Source: Nitrospirota bacterium
GTDB lineage: Bacteria; Nitrospirota; UBA9217
Direction of reading: 5' to 3'
Assembly: GCA_037447195.1 (NCBI GenBank)
Contig: JBBIHD010000011.1
Span: forward strand, 1 to 24,941
Length of the DNA stretch: 24,941 bases
Below, piece by piece: positions 8,361 to 16,712 of the stretch. The position numbers and the translations under genes were made by a program. The notes under the pieces are model-generated. The model worked only from the letters and a program-made list of their open reading frames with translations, did not search any database and was not told the origin of the DNA. Position 1 is the stretch's first letter. Every line of letters starts with the position of its first letter.

Positions 8361-8747
8361 TTATTTTCTGATGATGACCTGGTGGTCTGTCGCCTGCAGC
8401 ACGACGATAACAACGATCGCGACAAGCAGCAGGAAGATCACTGCTCCAATGCCGTCGCCGCCTGCCTGGAGCGAATCCATGTTTGCAGCAAGCTGATGAA
8501 TCTGCTGGTCGGAAAGGCTGTTGATCTTCAGCAGGGCCTCTTCGGCAGAAAGGCCGAGATCCATGAGGCGTTGCGAAACGAGCGAGGATTCGAGGGCGGA
8601 CTGCACCGCAGCAAGGTCTTCAGCGCGGCTGGTCCGGGTCGGTTCGACGGGCAGGAACATTGCCCAGCCCTGGGCGGGCAGGGCCAGCAGAAAGACCGCC
8701 ATGGCGAGGTAGAGTGAAAGGCCTTTTACCGCAAAGCGCTGCAGCAT
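8361..8747 (-). CDS. PA2779-like protein, paralog A
   Basis: Start re-called to MLQRF (8747) behind AAGGAG; signal ending QGWA; QRLMDLGLS..LSDQQIHQLAANMDSLQAGG then a hydrophobic helix; 128 aa. Confidence 0.8.
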   Translation of the reverse strand: MLQRFAVKGLSLYLAMAVFLLALPAQGWAMFLPVEPTRTSRAEDLAAVQSALESSLVSQRLMDLGLSAEEALLKINSLSDQQIHQLAANMDSLQAGGDGIGAVIFLLLVAIVVIVVLQATDHQVIIRK

Positions 8748-8784
8748 GGGACAGCTCCTTTCGGGGACCGGCAAAACTGCCGGC

Positions 8785-9342
8785 TCAAACGGTCATGATC
8801 TCTTTTTCCTTGTGCGCGAGCAGTTCATCGATCTTCTTTATGTGCTCGTCGGTGCTCTTCTGGATCTCGTCCTGCAGCTTCTTCGTCTCATCTTCGGAGA
8901 AGTGCTCTTCCTTCGAGCGTTTTTTGATCTCTTCGTTGATGTCCCGGCGGATATTCCGGACAGCCACCCGGGAATCCTCGGCCAGCTTCTTTGCGTGCTT
9001 CACGATCTGCATCCGCCGTTCTTCCGTCAGGGGCGGTATGGCCAGCCTGATGAGCTTGCCGTCGTTGTTCGGCGTGAGCCCCACATCGGACTTCAGGAGC
9101 GCTTTCTCGATCTCGCCGATCATCTTTCCTTCCCAGGGCTGGATCGTGATCATGCGCGGGTCAGGCACGGCGAGGTTCGCCACCTGGTTGAGCGGCGTTG
9201 GCGTGCCGTAATAGTCGACGGTGATCCCGTCGAGGATGCCAAGGGACGCCCTGCCCGTCCGCACCGCGGCGAACTCCCTTCGCAGGGTTTCCAGGCCCTT
9301 GTTCATTTTCTCTTCGGCTTTCTTCTTTATTTCATGAGCCAT
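8785..9342 (-). CDS. frr: Ribosome recycling factor
   Basis: Start re-called to MAHEIKKK (9342) behind GGGAGG; [35 protein letters not shown]. Confidence 0.97.
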   Translation of the reverse strand: MAHEIKKKAEEKMNKGLETLRREFAAVRTGRASLGILDGITVDYYGTPTPLNQVANLAVPDPRMITIQPWEGKMIGEIEKALLKSDVGLTPNNDGKLIRLAIPPLTEERRMQIVKHAKKLAEDSRVAVRNIRRDINEEIKKRSKEEHFSEDETKKLQDEIQKSTDEHIKKIDELLAHKEKEIMTV

Positions 9343-10066
9343 AGTTCCTCCCGGCGACGATCGTCCCCACCTGTTCGCCCAGCGCCAGCCGCTTGATATT
9401 GCCGGGAACGGTGAGGTTGAACACGATGATGGGAAGTTCATTGTCCATGCAGAGCGAAATGGCCGTTGCGTCCATGACCTTCAGGTCCTTCTGCAGAACG
9501 TCGAGGTAGGTGAGGCGGTCGTACTTGACGGCCGAGGGGTCCTTCACCGGATCGGCGCTGTAGACGCCGTCGACTTTAGTGGCTTTCATGATCACTTCAG
9601 CGCCGATCTCCATGGCGCGGAGCGCAGCGGCAGTGTCGGTGGTGAAGTAGGGATTGCCTGTGCCGGCGGCAAAGATCACGATGCGCTTCTTCTCTAGATG
9701 CCGCACGGCCCGCCGCCGGATATAGGGTTCGGCGAGCTCGCGCATCTCGATGGCCGACTGCACCCGTGTCTTTACACCCTTGTTCTCCAGCACGTTCTGC
9801 AGGGCCAGTGAATTCAGCACGGTTGCCAGCATGCCCATGTAGTCGGCGCTCGCCCGCTCCATGCCCTTGGCCGTGGCTGCGAGCCCCCGGAATATGTTGC
9901 CGCCGCCGATGACGATGGCGGTCTCGATGCCCAGGTCGTAGATCTCCTTCACCTGGGACGCGATGGAATCGAGCATGGCATAGTCTATGCCGTACTCCTG
10001 CTCGCCCATGAGGGCCTCGCCAGAGAGCTTGAGCAGTATGCGTTTCCGGGACGGTCGTGAGGTCAT
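9332..10066 (-). CDS. pyrH: Uridylate kinase
   Basis: [59 protein letters not shown]. Confidence 0.98.
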   Translation of the reverse strand: MTSRPSRKRILLKLSGEALMGEQEYGIDYAMLDSIASQVKEIYDLGIETAIVIGGGNIFRGLAATAKGMERASADYMGMLATVLNSLALQNVLENKGVKTRVQSAIEMRELAEPYIRRRAVRHLEKKRIVIFAAGTGNPYFTTDTAAALRAMEIGAEVIMKATKVDGVYSADPVKDPSAVKYDRLTYLDVLQKDLKVMDATAISLCMDNELPIIVFNLTVPGNIKRLALGEQVGTIVAGRNYGS

Positions 10067-10069
10067 AGG

Positions 10070-10951
10070 TTATTTGAGCTGCGCTGCTACCTCTTCGGCA
10101 AAGTTGCCCTGTTTCTTCTCGATGCCCTCGCCGAGCTGGTACCGGACAAAGCGCTTGATCGAGGCCCCGCCTGCCTGCTTCAGCAGGTCACGGACCTTCA
10201 GCTTGCCGTCAGGGTCCTTGATGTAGACCTGCTCCAGGAGGCAGGTGTCGCCGTAGAACTTCTCCATCTTGCCGTCAACGATCTTCGGGACAACAGCGGC
10301 TGGCTTGCCGGACTCCTTTGCCTGGCCTTCATACACGGCCCGCTCGCGCGCAAGCACGTCGGAGGGAACCGCTTCCCGTGTCAGGAACTGCGGGTTGGCA
10401 GCTGCAATGTGCATGGCGATGTCCTTGCCGAGCTGCTCGTCGCCGCCCTGATAGTCCACCATAACGCCGATGCGGGACCCATGGAGATAGATGGCGAGCC
10501 TGCCGTCGGTCTGGTAGCGGACGAAGCGGCGGACCGCGATGTTCTCCCCGATCTTCTGCACCAGCGCCTGGCGCCTGGCCTCGACGCCCTGGCCGCCCAG
10601 GTCCAAGCTCGAAAGGGCCGCCACATCGGCCGGATCCTTCCCGGCAACAAGGTCGGCGATCCCCCTGGCGAACTGCTGGAACTCCTCGTTCTTGGCCACG
10701 AAGTCGGTCTCGCTGTTCACTTCCACCAGGACGCCGGTCCTGCCCTTCGCGTCGATGGCGGAGGTGATGGCCCCTTCGGCCGCCACGCGGGACGCCTTCT
10801 TCGCGGCCGCTGACAGGCCCTTCTGCCTCAGGACGTCCACTGCTTTTTCGAAATCGCCGCCGGCCTCTTCCAGTGCCTTCTTGGCGTCCATCATGCCGGC
10901 GCCGGTCTTTTCTCTGAGATCCTTGACTGCTGATGCGGAAATCGTTGCCAT
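10070..10951 (-). CDS. tsf: Elongation factor Ts
   Basis: VKDLREKTGAGMMDAKKAL, EVNSETDFVAKN, QKIGENI, MHIAAANP, LLEQVYIKD, FVRYQLGEG. Confidence 0.98.
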   Translation of the reverse strand: MATISASAVKDLREKTGAGMMDAKKALEEAGGDFEKAVDVLRQKGLSAAAKKASRVAAEGAITSAIDAKGRTGVLVEVNSETDFVAKNEEFQQFARGIADLVAGKDPADVAALSSLDLGGQGVEARRQALVQKIGENIAVRRFVRYQTDGRLAIYLHGSRIGVMVDYQGGDEQLGKDIAMHIAAANPQFLTREAVPSDVLARERAVYEGQAKESGKPAAVVPKIVDGKMEKFYGDTCLLEQVYIKDPDGKLKVRDLLKQAGGASIKRFVRYQLGEGIEKKQGNFAEEVAAQLK

Positions 10952-10977
10952 GATGCCAAAACCCCCTCTGCTGTTCT

Positions 10978-11793
10978 TTAACGCCTGCGTGCTGATTCCT
11001 CTTCCTCGGGCTCGTCGCTCGTATCTGCCTGGGCGTCGAGTGACTCCTCAACGACCTCGGCCGGCCCTGCCGCGACAGCTGCCTGCTCGGCGGCTGCGGC
11101 CTCCTTGGCGATCGCCTGCCGTCCTTCAATGAACGCGTCGGCCATTTTTGACGCCATCAGGCGGATGGCGCGGATGGCGTCGTCGTTCCCCGGGATGACG
11201 TAGTCGATGTTATCGGGATCGCAGTTCGTGTCCACCACGGCAACGACCGGTATGTTCAGCTTGTTCGCTTCCCGCACGGCTATTGCTTCCTTGCGCGGGT
11301 CGATGACGAACACCACGGAAGGGGGCTCGCTCATGGTCTTGATGCCCGTAAGGGTCTTCTCGAGCTTGGTGCGCTCCTTTTCGAGCAGCGCCACTTCCTT
11401 CTTGGTCAGCTTTTCATAGGTGCCGTCTTCCTTCATGCGCTCGATCTGCTTCAGCCGGTCGATGCTCTTGCGGATCGTCGTAAAGTTGGTCAGCATGCCG
11501 CCGAGCCAGCGGTACGAAACGAAGTGCATTCCGGCGCGCCTTGCCTCCTCGACGATGGCGTCCTGGGCCTGCTTCTTGGTGCCGATGAACAGGACGTCCT
11601 TTCCCTGCGAAGCGGTGTGACGCATGAATTCATAGGCGTCCTTGAAAAGCTTGAGCGTTTTCTGGAGGTCGATGATGTAGATCCCGTTCCGCTCGCCGAA
11701 GATGTACTTCTTCATCTTCGGATTCCACCGTTTGGCCTGATGGCCGAAGTGCACCCCTGCTTCCAACAGCTCTTTCATGGTAATGCTTGACAT
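10978..11793 (-). CDS. rpsB: 30S ribosomal protein S2
   Basis: [55 protein letters not shown]. Confidence 0.99.
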   Translation of the reverse strand: MSSITMKELLEAGVHFGHQAKRWNPKMKKYIFGERNGIYIIDLQKTLKLFKDAYEFMRHTASQGKDVLFIGTKKQAQDAIVEEARRAGMHFVSYRWLGGMLTNFTTIRKSIDRLKQIERMKEDGTYEKLTKKEVALLEKERTKLEKTLTGIKTMSEPPSVVFVIDPRKEAIAVREANKLNIPVVAVVDTNCDPDNIDYVIPGNDDAIRAIRLMASKMADAFIEGRQAIAKEAAAAEQAAVAAGPAEVVEESLDAQADTSDEPEEEESARRR

Positions 11794-11900
11794 GATGCTT
11801 CTCCTTCTCTTTCCTTGCGGTTATTTCCTCCGCACAGCTCAACCCCCCGGCAGATCCTGAGTCAGGATACCCTGCCGGAAGTCCCTGTGCGTGTGGATTT
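11794..11900 (-). promoter_or_regulatory. rpsB 5' leader RNA (t44/S2 autoregulatory-type structure)
   Basis: Minus strand CCACACGCACAGGGAC...hairpin ccggcag/ctgccgg with inner atcctga/tcaggat...GAGCTGTGCGGAGGAAATAACC. The CACACG..GTGCGGAGG..TAACC pattern recalls the E. coli rpsB leader. Confidence 0.7.
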
Positions 11901-11933
11901 GATCTGAAGTGATGGCCTGAAAAGGCAGCCAAT

Positions 11934-11962
11934 AATCTACCACAGGGCCTGCGGTATTACAA
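11934..11962 (-). promoter_or_regulatory. sigma70-type promoter of the rpsB operon
   Basis: Minus strand TTGTAA-17 nt-TAGATT with TG extension, just upstream of the leader. Confidence 0.7.
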
Positions 11963-12152
11963 GGAAAAAATGGACAAATTGCGCCGGCGGTGCCGGCTTT
12001 GGGCGTCAGCGGCAGCCTCTGCTGTTCCGCAGGCGCGGGGCATCGTGGTCCTTGCGGAGCAGGCATGGCAGAACAACGTTCTTTTGCATTTGTGAAAAGA
12101 GCTCCGGCCTTTTCTCATTTCTGCAAAAAGCCCGGCAGACCTAACGCATTGA

Positions 12153-12165
12153 AATCAGTGCGTTG
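12153..12165 (+). promoter_or_regulatory. IHF-binding site
   Basis: AATCAGTGCGTTG matches WATCARNNNNTTR. It lies within the palindrome aacgcattga-aa-tcagtgcgtt (12143-12164), just upstream of the sigma54 site. Confidence 0.6.
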
Positions 12166-12171
12166 TCGTTT

Positions 12172-12187
12172 TGGCATGGTCTCTGCA
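12172..12187 (+). promoter_or_regulatory. sigma54 (RpoN) -24/-12 promoter
   Basis: TGGCATGGTCTCTGCA: GG and GC are separated by exactly 10 nt, as in TGGCACG-N4-TTGCW; 53 nt upstream of the next start. Confidence 0.75.
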
Positions 12188-12240
12188 ATAAGGCGGGACA
12201 GAACGCAGCAATCAGGGAATTGATGAAGGAGGTTTTTGAA

Positions 12241-12573
12241 ATGAGAACCACACTGGCAAAAAAAGCGGCTTACATTGGTGCAGGCTCGGGTCTGGTGCTG
12301 TTCGCGCTCTTCGGGCTCCTGCCTGGAAGCCTGATCGGCGGCGCAGCGGGCCTGAACATCGCCGGATGGCTGTTCGGCCTTCCTCTTGAGCCGGGGCTTC
12401 TTTCGCGGATCATCGTCTTCGGTTCCATGCTTGCCGGTGTGCTGATCGCGGGCATGGTGATCGTTACGGCGGCCTCCGCGTTCGGCTGGATACTGGGCAA
12501 GGCGGCGGACGTTGCCATTGCCGCGCGGGCCTGCGCACAGGACCCGTCGAATTGCCCGGAAAAACAGGCATAA
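12241..12573 (+). CDS. Small Gly-rich multi-pass membrane protein, paralog 1 (110 aa)
   Basis: Start re-called to MRTTLAKK behind AAGGAGG; IGAGSGLVLFALFGLLPG..LEPGLLSR; colinear with the next gene. Confidence 0.8.
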   Translation: MRTTLAKKAAYIGAGSGLVLFALFGLLPGSLIGGAAGLNIAGWLFGLPLEPGLLSRIIVFGSMLAGVLIAGMVIVTAASAFGWILGKAADVAIAARACAQDPSNCPEKQA

Positions 12574-12632
12574 CCAGTCAGGCCTTCGGGCTGACCATAC
12601 CTTACATATCGAGTATCGAAAGGAGAACTACA

Positions 12633-12947
12633 ATGCAGAACGAAACGATCAAAACAGGAACGAAAATCGGTGCAACCATCGGCGGGCTGGTCTTTCTGGT
12701 CTTCGGGATCGTCCCGGGCTTCTACTTCGGCAGCTATGGAACACTGATCCTCCTTCAGAAGCTTATGGGCGGCACGGTCGAGCCCACGCTCATCGTCCGG
12801 GCCGTCGTGGTCATGGGCATCCTGGTCGGCATCCTCTGCGTGGCTGCCGTGAGCATCGTGGTGGGCGGCCTGCTCGGTACGGCCATGGGATATGCCGTGT
12901 CCCTGCCGCAGGCCCTGCGCGCGAAGAAGGCCGAAGTCAAGGCGTAG
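12633..12947 (+). CDS. Small Gly-rich multi-pass membrane protein, paralog 2 (104 aa)
   Basis: Start re-called to MQNETIK behind AAGGAG; IGATIGGLVFLVFGIVPG..VEPTLIVR. Confidence 0.8.
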   Translation: MQNETIKTGTKIGATIGGLVFLVFGIVPGFYFGSYGTLILLQKLMGGTVEPTLIVRAVVVMGILVGILCVAAVSIVVGGLLGTAMGYAVSLPQALRAKKAEVKA

Positions 12948-12979
12948 AACGGCTGTACTCAGTATACCTGCTTGCGGAA

Positions 12980-13015
12980 GAAGAGGCGGCGAGTGATCAC
13001 CGCCTCTTCTTTTTT
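12980..13015 (+). terminator. Rho-independent terminator of the membrane-protein pair
   Basis: 10-bp stem gaagaggcgg / ccgcctcttc followed by TTTTTT. Confidence 0.85.
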
Positions 13016-13184
13016 CACCAGGGGCCTCCCGCTTCCTTACTATATGCTCCGCTGAAGGGTAGCACTACAAGCAGGTGTCGGCAGCGCTAAGTCCTTCAAA
13101 TAAAACTGTTTTTGCCTCACAGTGCTTCCTGTCTTCCTCGTCCTGTCCGCTGTCACCGCCAACCTGCCTCACCGCACAAAGCGC

Positions 13185-13213
13185 TTGACAAACATGGTGA
13201 AATTGTTTATATT
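13185..13213 (+). promoter_or_regulatory. sigma70 promoter of rplM-rpsI
   Basis: TTGACA-17 nt-TATATT. Confidence 0.8.
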
Positions 13214-13283
13214 CGCTCTTCTTCAGCCGTTTTTTGTATTCCTGCGGCATTATTATTTTCCTTAACGGAACAAGGTGGATTTC

Positions 13284-13718
13284 ATGAAAACATTTAGCGC
13301 AAAAAAAGAGGACCTCGAAGGCAGCCGGAAGTGGTTTGTCGTTGATGCCAATGGCAAGACCCTTGGCAGGCTGGCCTCCAGCGTCGCATCGGTGCTGAAG
13401 GGCAAGACGAAGGCGATCTATACGCCCAACATGGACGCTGGTGACTTTGTGATCATCGTGAATGCCGACAAGGTGCATCTCACGGGCAGAAAGCTCGACC
13501 AGAAGGTCTACTACCGGCATTCGGGCTACCCCGGAGGCCTCAAGTCCGTCACGGCAGGCACCCTCATGGGCACGAAGCCCGAGCGGGTGATCAAGATGGC
13601 CGTGCAGGGCATGCTCCCCAAGACGCAGCTGGGCAAGCAGATGCTGAGCAAGCTCAAGATCTATGCCGGGGAGTCCCATCCGCACGCAGCGCAGCAGCCG
13701 GCGGAGATGAAACTGTAA
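13284..13718 (+). CDS. rplM: 50S ribosomal protein L13
   Basis: Start re-called to MKTFSAK; [51 protein letters not shown]. Confidence 0.98.
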   Translation: MKTFSAKKEDLEGSRKWFVVDANGKTLGRLASSVASVLKGKTKAIYTPNMDAGDFVIIVNADKVHLTGRKLDQKVYYRHSGYPGGLKSVTAGTLMGTKPERVIKMAVQGMLPKTQLGKQMLSKLKIYAGESHPHAAQQPAEMKL

Positions 13719-13754
13719 GGCACCATCGGGAGTTGAACTACTACGGAGGACGGA

Positions 13755-14156
13755 ATGTCAGCAGAAACAGTGACAAGATTTTATGCGACGGGAAAACGCA
13801 AGAACGCCATCGCCCGTGTATGGCTCATGCCGGGCAGCGGCAGGATCATGATCAATCAGCGGCCGGTGGAGCAGTATTTCGGCAGGGACGTGCTCAGGAT
13901 GATCATCCGCCAGCCCTTTGAAGTGACCGGCGTTGTCGATAAGTTCGATATCGTTGCCACGGTGCTGGGCGGCGGCGCATCAGGCCAGGCCGGAGCGCTG
14001 CGGCACGGTATTTCAAAAGCGCTGCTTTCCGTTGACCAGGAAGCGAAGGGCAAACTCCGCAAAGAGGGCCTGCTGACCCGCGATCCGCGGGCAAAGGAAC
14101 GGAAAAAATACGGCCAGAAGGGCGCGCGGGCCCGCTTCCAGTTCTCGAAGCGTTAA
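13755..14156 (+). CDS. rpsI: 30S ribosomal protein S9
   Basis: [56 protein letters not shown]. Confidence 0.99.
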   Translation: MSAETVTRFYATGKRKNAIARVWLMPGSGRIMINQRPVEQYFGRDVLRMIIRQPFEVTGVVDKFDIVATVLGGGASGQAGALRHGISKALLSVDQEAKGKLRKEGLLTRDPRAKERKKYGQKGARARFQFSKR

Positions 14157-14288
14157 GGGTTCTCGCAGCCGCGGCGACGGCCGCGGGTCCGAAGGCCTTC
14201 GCGTTACGGCGATCAGCTCACTAATTACACACGCAGGGAGATGGGGCCATATACGGATACGTATATGGTCCGATACTCCGGTACTCCA

Positions 14289-14319
14289 GGGAAGGTTGAG
14301 ACGCCTTCCCTTTTCTTTT
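14289..14319 (+). terminator. Probable terminator between rpsI and argC
   Basis: Stem gggaagg / ccttccc, 8-nt loop, followed by TTTTCTTTT. Confidence 0.65.
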
Positions 14320-14353
14320 GTTCAGCGACGGCAAAGCAGGAAAGGGATGTTCG

Positions 14354-15406
14354 ATGGCATCGGGTAAGCTGAATGTGGCGGTTGTCGGTTCGAGCGGATA
14401 CACAGGCGGTGAGCTGCTCAGGCTCCTGCTGCGCCATCCCCGGGTCGACGTCACGGCGGTCACCTCCGAGCGGTCGGCGGGCCAGCCGATCACGTCCATT
14501 TTTCCGAACCTGGCAGGGCTCACGCCGCTCATCTGCGAGCCCCTCGATCCTGACAAGATCGCGGCCAAGGCCGAGTTCGTCTTTCTCGCCCTGCCCCATG
14601 TGACGGCACAGGAAGCGGCCTACCGGTTCCATGCCCTCGGGCGGAAGGTCGTGGACCTGTCTGCCGATTACCGGATCACCGATCCCGCCGTCTATGAGAA
14701 GTGGTACGAGCACGGCCACCAGTACCCGGCGCTGCTCAAACAGGCCGTGTACGGGCTGCCTGAACTGTATCGCGACAGGATCAGGAAGGCCGCGCTCATC
14801 GCCAATCCGGGGTGCTACCCCACCAGCGCGATCCTGGGTCTCGCGCCGCTCCTGCGCCAGGGCATGATCGACCCTGACAGCATCATCATAGACTCCAAGT
14901 CAGGCGTCTCCGGCGCAGGCCGGAGCCCGGGGCTGGCCCATCATTTCCCAGAGGTGAACGAGGGGCTGATGGCCTACAAGATCGGGTCGCACCGCCATAC
15001 GCCCGAGATCGAACAGGAACTGTCGGCCCTTGCCGGCAGAGCGGTCATCGTATCCTTCACCCCGCACCTCATTCCCATGAACCGGGGGATCCTGACCACC
15101 GTCTATGCCCGGCTGACGACGGCAGTCGACACGGCAGGGCTCCGGTCCGGCTTCGAAGCGGTGTATCGGGACGAGCCGTTCCTGCGGCTCCTTCCGCCGG
15201 GCCAGTCGCCGAATGTGCGGCATGTCCGGGGTTCGAACTTCTGCGATATCGGCGTTACTGCCGACCCGCGTACGGGCAGGGCGGTGATCGTGACGGTTAT
15301 CGATAATCTGGTGAAGGGCGCTGCGGGCCAGGCAGTGCAGAACATGAACCTCATGGCGGGGTTCGACGAGACCGAAGGCCTGCTGTCGGCAGGCTTGTTC
15401 CCGTGA
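14354..15406 (+). CDS. argC: N-acetyl-gamma-glutamyl-phosphate reductase
   Basis: Start re-called to MASGKL; GSSGYTGGELLRLL, VVDLSADYR, IANPGCYPT, SGVSGAG, HRHTPEI, DNLVKGAAGQAVQNMN. Confidence 0.97.
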   Translation: MASGKLNVAVVGSSGYTGGELLRLLLRHPRVDVTAVTSERSAGQPITSIFPNLAGLTPLICEPLDPDKIAAKAEFVFLALPHVTAQEAAYRFHALGRKVVDLSADYRITDPAVYEKWYEHGHQYPALLKQAVYGLPELYRDRIRKAALIANPGCYPTSAILGLAPLLRQGMIDPDSIIIDSKSGVSGAGRSPGLAHHFPEVNEGLMAYKIGSHRHTPEIEQELSALAGRAVIVSFTPHLIPMNRGILTTVYARLTTAVDTAGLRSGFEAVYRDEPFLRLLPPGQSPNVRHVRGSNFCDIGVTADPRTGRAVIVTVIDNLVKGAAGQAVQNMNLMAGFDETEGLLSAGLFP

Positions 15407-15506
15407 TCGCTGTGGGCATCAACAAAAGGGGCCAGGAACAGCAGGCAGGTGCATTCTGCCGGCGGACACACAGGGCGCCTGTCCCCGTTATCATCGAGGG
15501 AGAACA

Positions 15507-16712
15507 ATGAGAATACTGGACACGAAGAATCTTATGGTTCCGGGCTTCAAGGTCTGGGGTATTCACTGCGGCATAAAAAAGGACGGCAGAAAGGACCTGG
15601 CACTAATCGTCTCGGACCGCGAGGCGGCCATTGCCGGCATGTTCACCCAGAACAAGGTGAAAGCCGCGCCGGTGCTCCTGGACATGGCCCGCATCAGGTC
15701 AGGCAAAGGGCAGGCGGTGGTCGTGAACAGCGGCTGCGCCAATGCCTGCACGGGCAAGCGCGGTCTGGTCGACGCCCGCGCTACTGCCGAGGCGGCTGCT
15801 GCCGAGCTGGGCATCGCGCCCGAAGCCGTGTATGTTGCATCAACGGGTGTGATCGGCGAGTTCCTGCCCGTGCCGAAGATGCGGATCGGGATCGAGACAA
15901 GCGCAGGCCTTCTGTCACCGTCGGGCTGGGACCAGGCTGCCGAAGCCATCATGACCACGGACATCTATCCGAAGCTGGCCGTGGTGCAGGAAGAGATCGG
16001 GGGAAAAACGGTGACCGTCGCGGGGATCGCGAAGGGGTCGGGAATGATCCATCCCAATATGGCCACCATGCTCGGTTTCATCGTGACCGACGCCCTCGTG
16101 GCCGCGCCGCTGCTCAAGAAAGCGCTGCGCGATTCCGTGGACCGGTCCTTCAATGCTATTACCATCGACGGCGAGACGAGCACCAACGACATGGTATTGT
16201 GCATGGCCAATGGAGCGGCGGGGAACAGGAAACTCGCGGCAGGCAGCAAGGACCTCAAGAAATTCCAGGCCTGCCTGGATGCGGTGGCGCATTCGCTTGC
16301 CACACAGGTGGTGCGGGACGGCGAGGGCGCCACAAAGTTCGTCGAGATCACGGTGCGGGGCACAAAAACGCCGCAGGCCGCGAAAAATGCGGCCATGGCC
16401 GTGGCGCTGTCACCGCTCGTCAAGACAGCCCTCTTCGGCGAGGACGCGAACTGGGGCAGGATCATGGCCGCACTGGGGCACTCGGGAGTGGATATGGACG
16501 AAGCGAAAACCGATATCACCATCGGCAAGCTGAAGCTCGTGGAGAAGGGCCTGGGGCAGGGCAAGGCAGCGGAGAAGGATGCCGCCGCAGCGCTGAAGCA
16601 GCGGGACATCAAGATTGTCATCGATCTTCACAAGGGCAAGGCCGAGGCGACCGTCTGGACCTGCGACTACTCGAACGAGTACATCAAGATCAATGCCGCC
16701 TACCGGAGCTGA
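15507..16712 (+). CDS. argJ: Ornithine acetyltransferase / N-acetylglutamate synthase
   Basis: GIKKDGRKDL, VVNSGCANACTG, STGVIG, KGSGMIHPNMATML (autocleavage Thr), DGETSTND, DGEGATK, NWGRI. Confidence 0.97.
   Translation: MRILDTKNLMVPGFKVWGIHCGIKKDGRKDLALIVSDREAAIAGMFTQNKVKAAPVLLDMARIRSGKGQAVVVNSGCANACTGKRGLVDARATAEAAAAELGIAPEAVYVASTGVIGEFLPVPKMRIGIETSAGLLSPSGWDQAAEAIMTTDIYPKLAVVQEEIGGKTVTVAGIAKGSGMIHPNMATMLGFIVTDALVAAPLLKKALRDSVDRSFNAITIDGETSTNDMVLCMANGAAGNRKLAAGSKDLKKFQACLDAVAHSLATQVVRDGEGATKFVEITVRGTKTPQAAKNAAMAVALSPLVKTALFGEDANWGRIMAALGHSGVDMDEAKTDITIGKLKLVEKGLGQGKAAEKDAAAALKQRDIKIVIDLHKGKAEATVWTCDYSNEYIKINAAYRS

Noticed and set aside
6586-8747. Classical bacteriocin or RiPP cluster
   Set aside because: No PCAT/ABC exporter, HlyD, modifying enzyme or immunity gene; the substrates have Sec signals and the peptidase is exported. 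Kept only as a non-canonical GG-processing hypothesis.
10329-11129. 266-aa alternative-frame ORF across rpsB-tsf
   Set aside because: Arg/Gly-rich off-frame product typical of high-GC DNA; overlaps two essential genes.
14241-14372. Possible leader-peptide ORF (MGPYTDTY...) before argC
   Set aside because: The RBS abuts the ATG, there is no Arg-codon cluster at a position expected for attenuation, and it runs through the terminator into argC in another frame.
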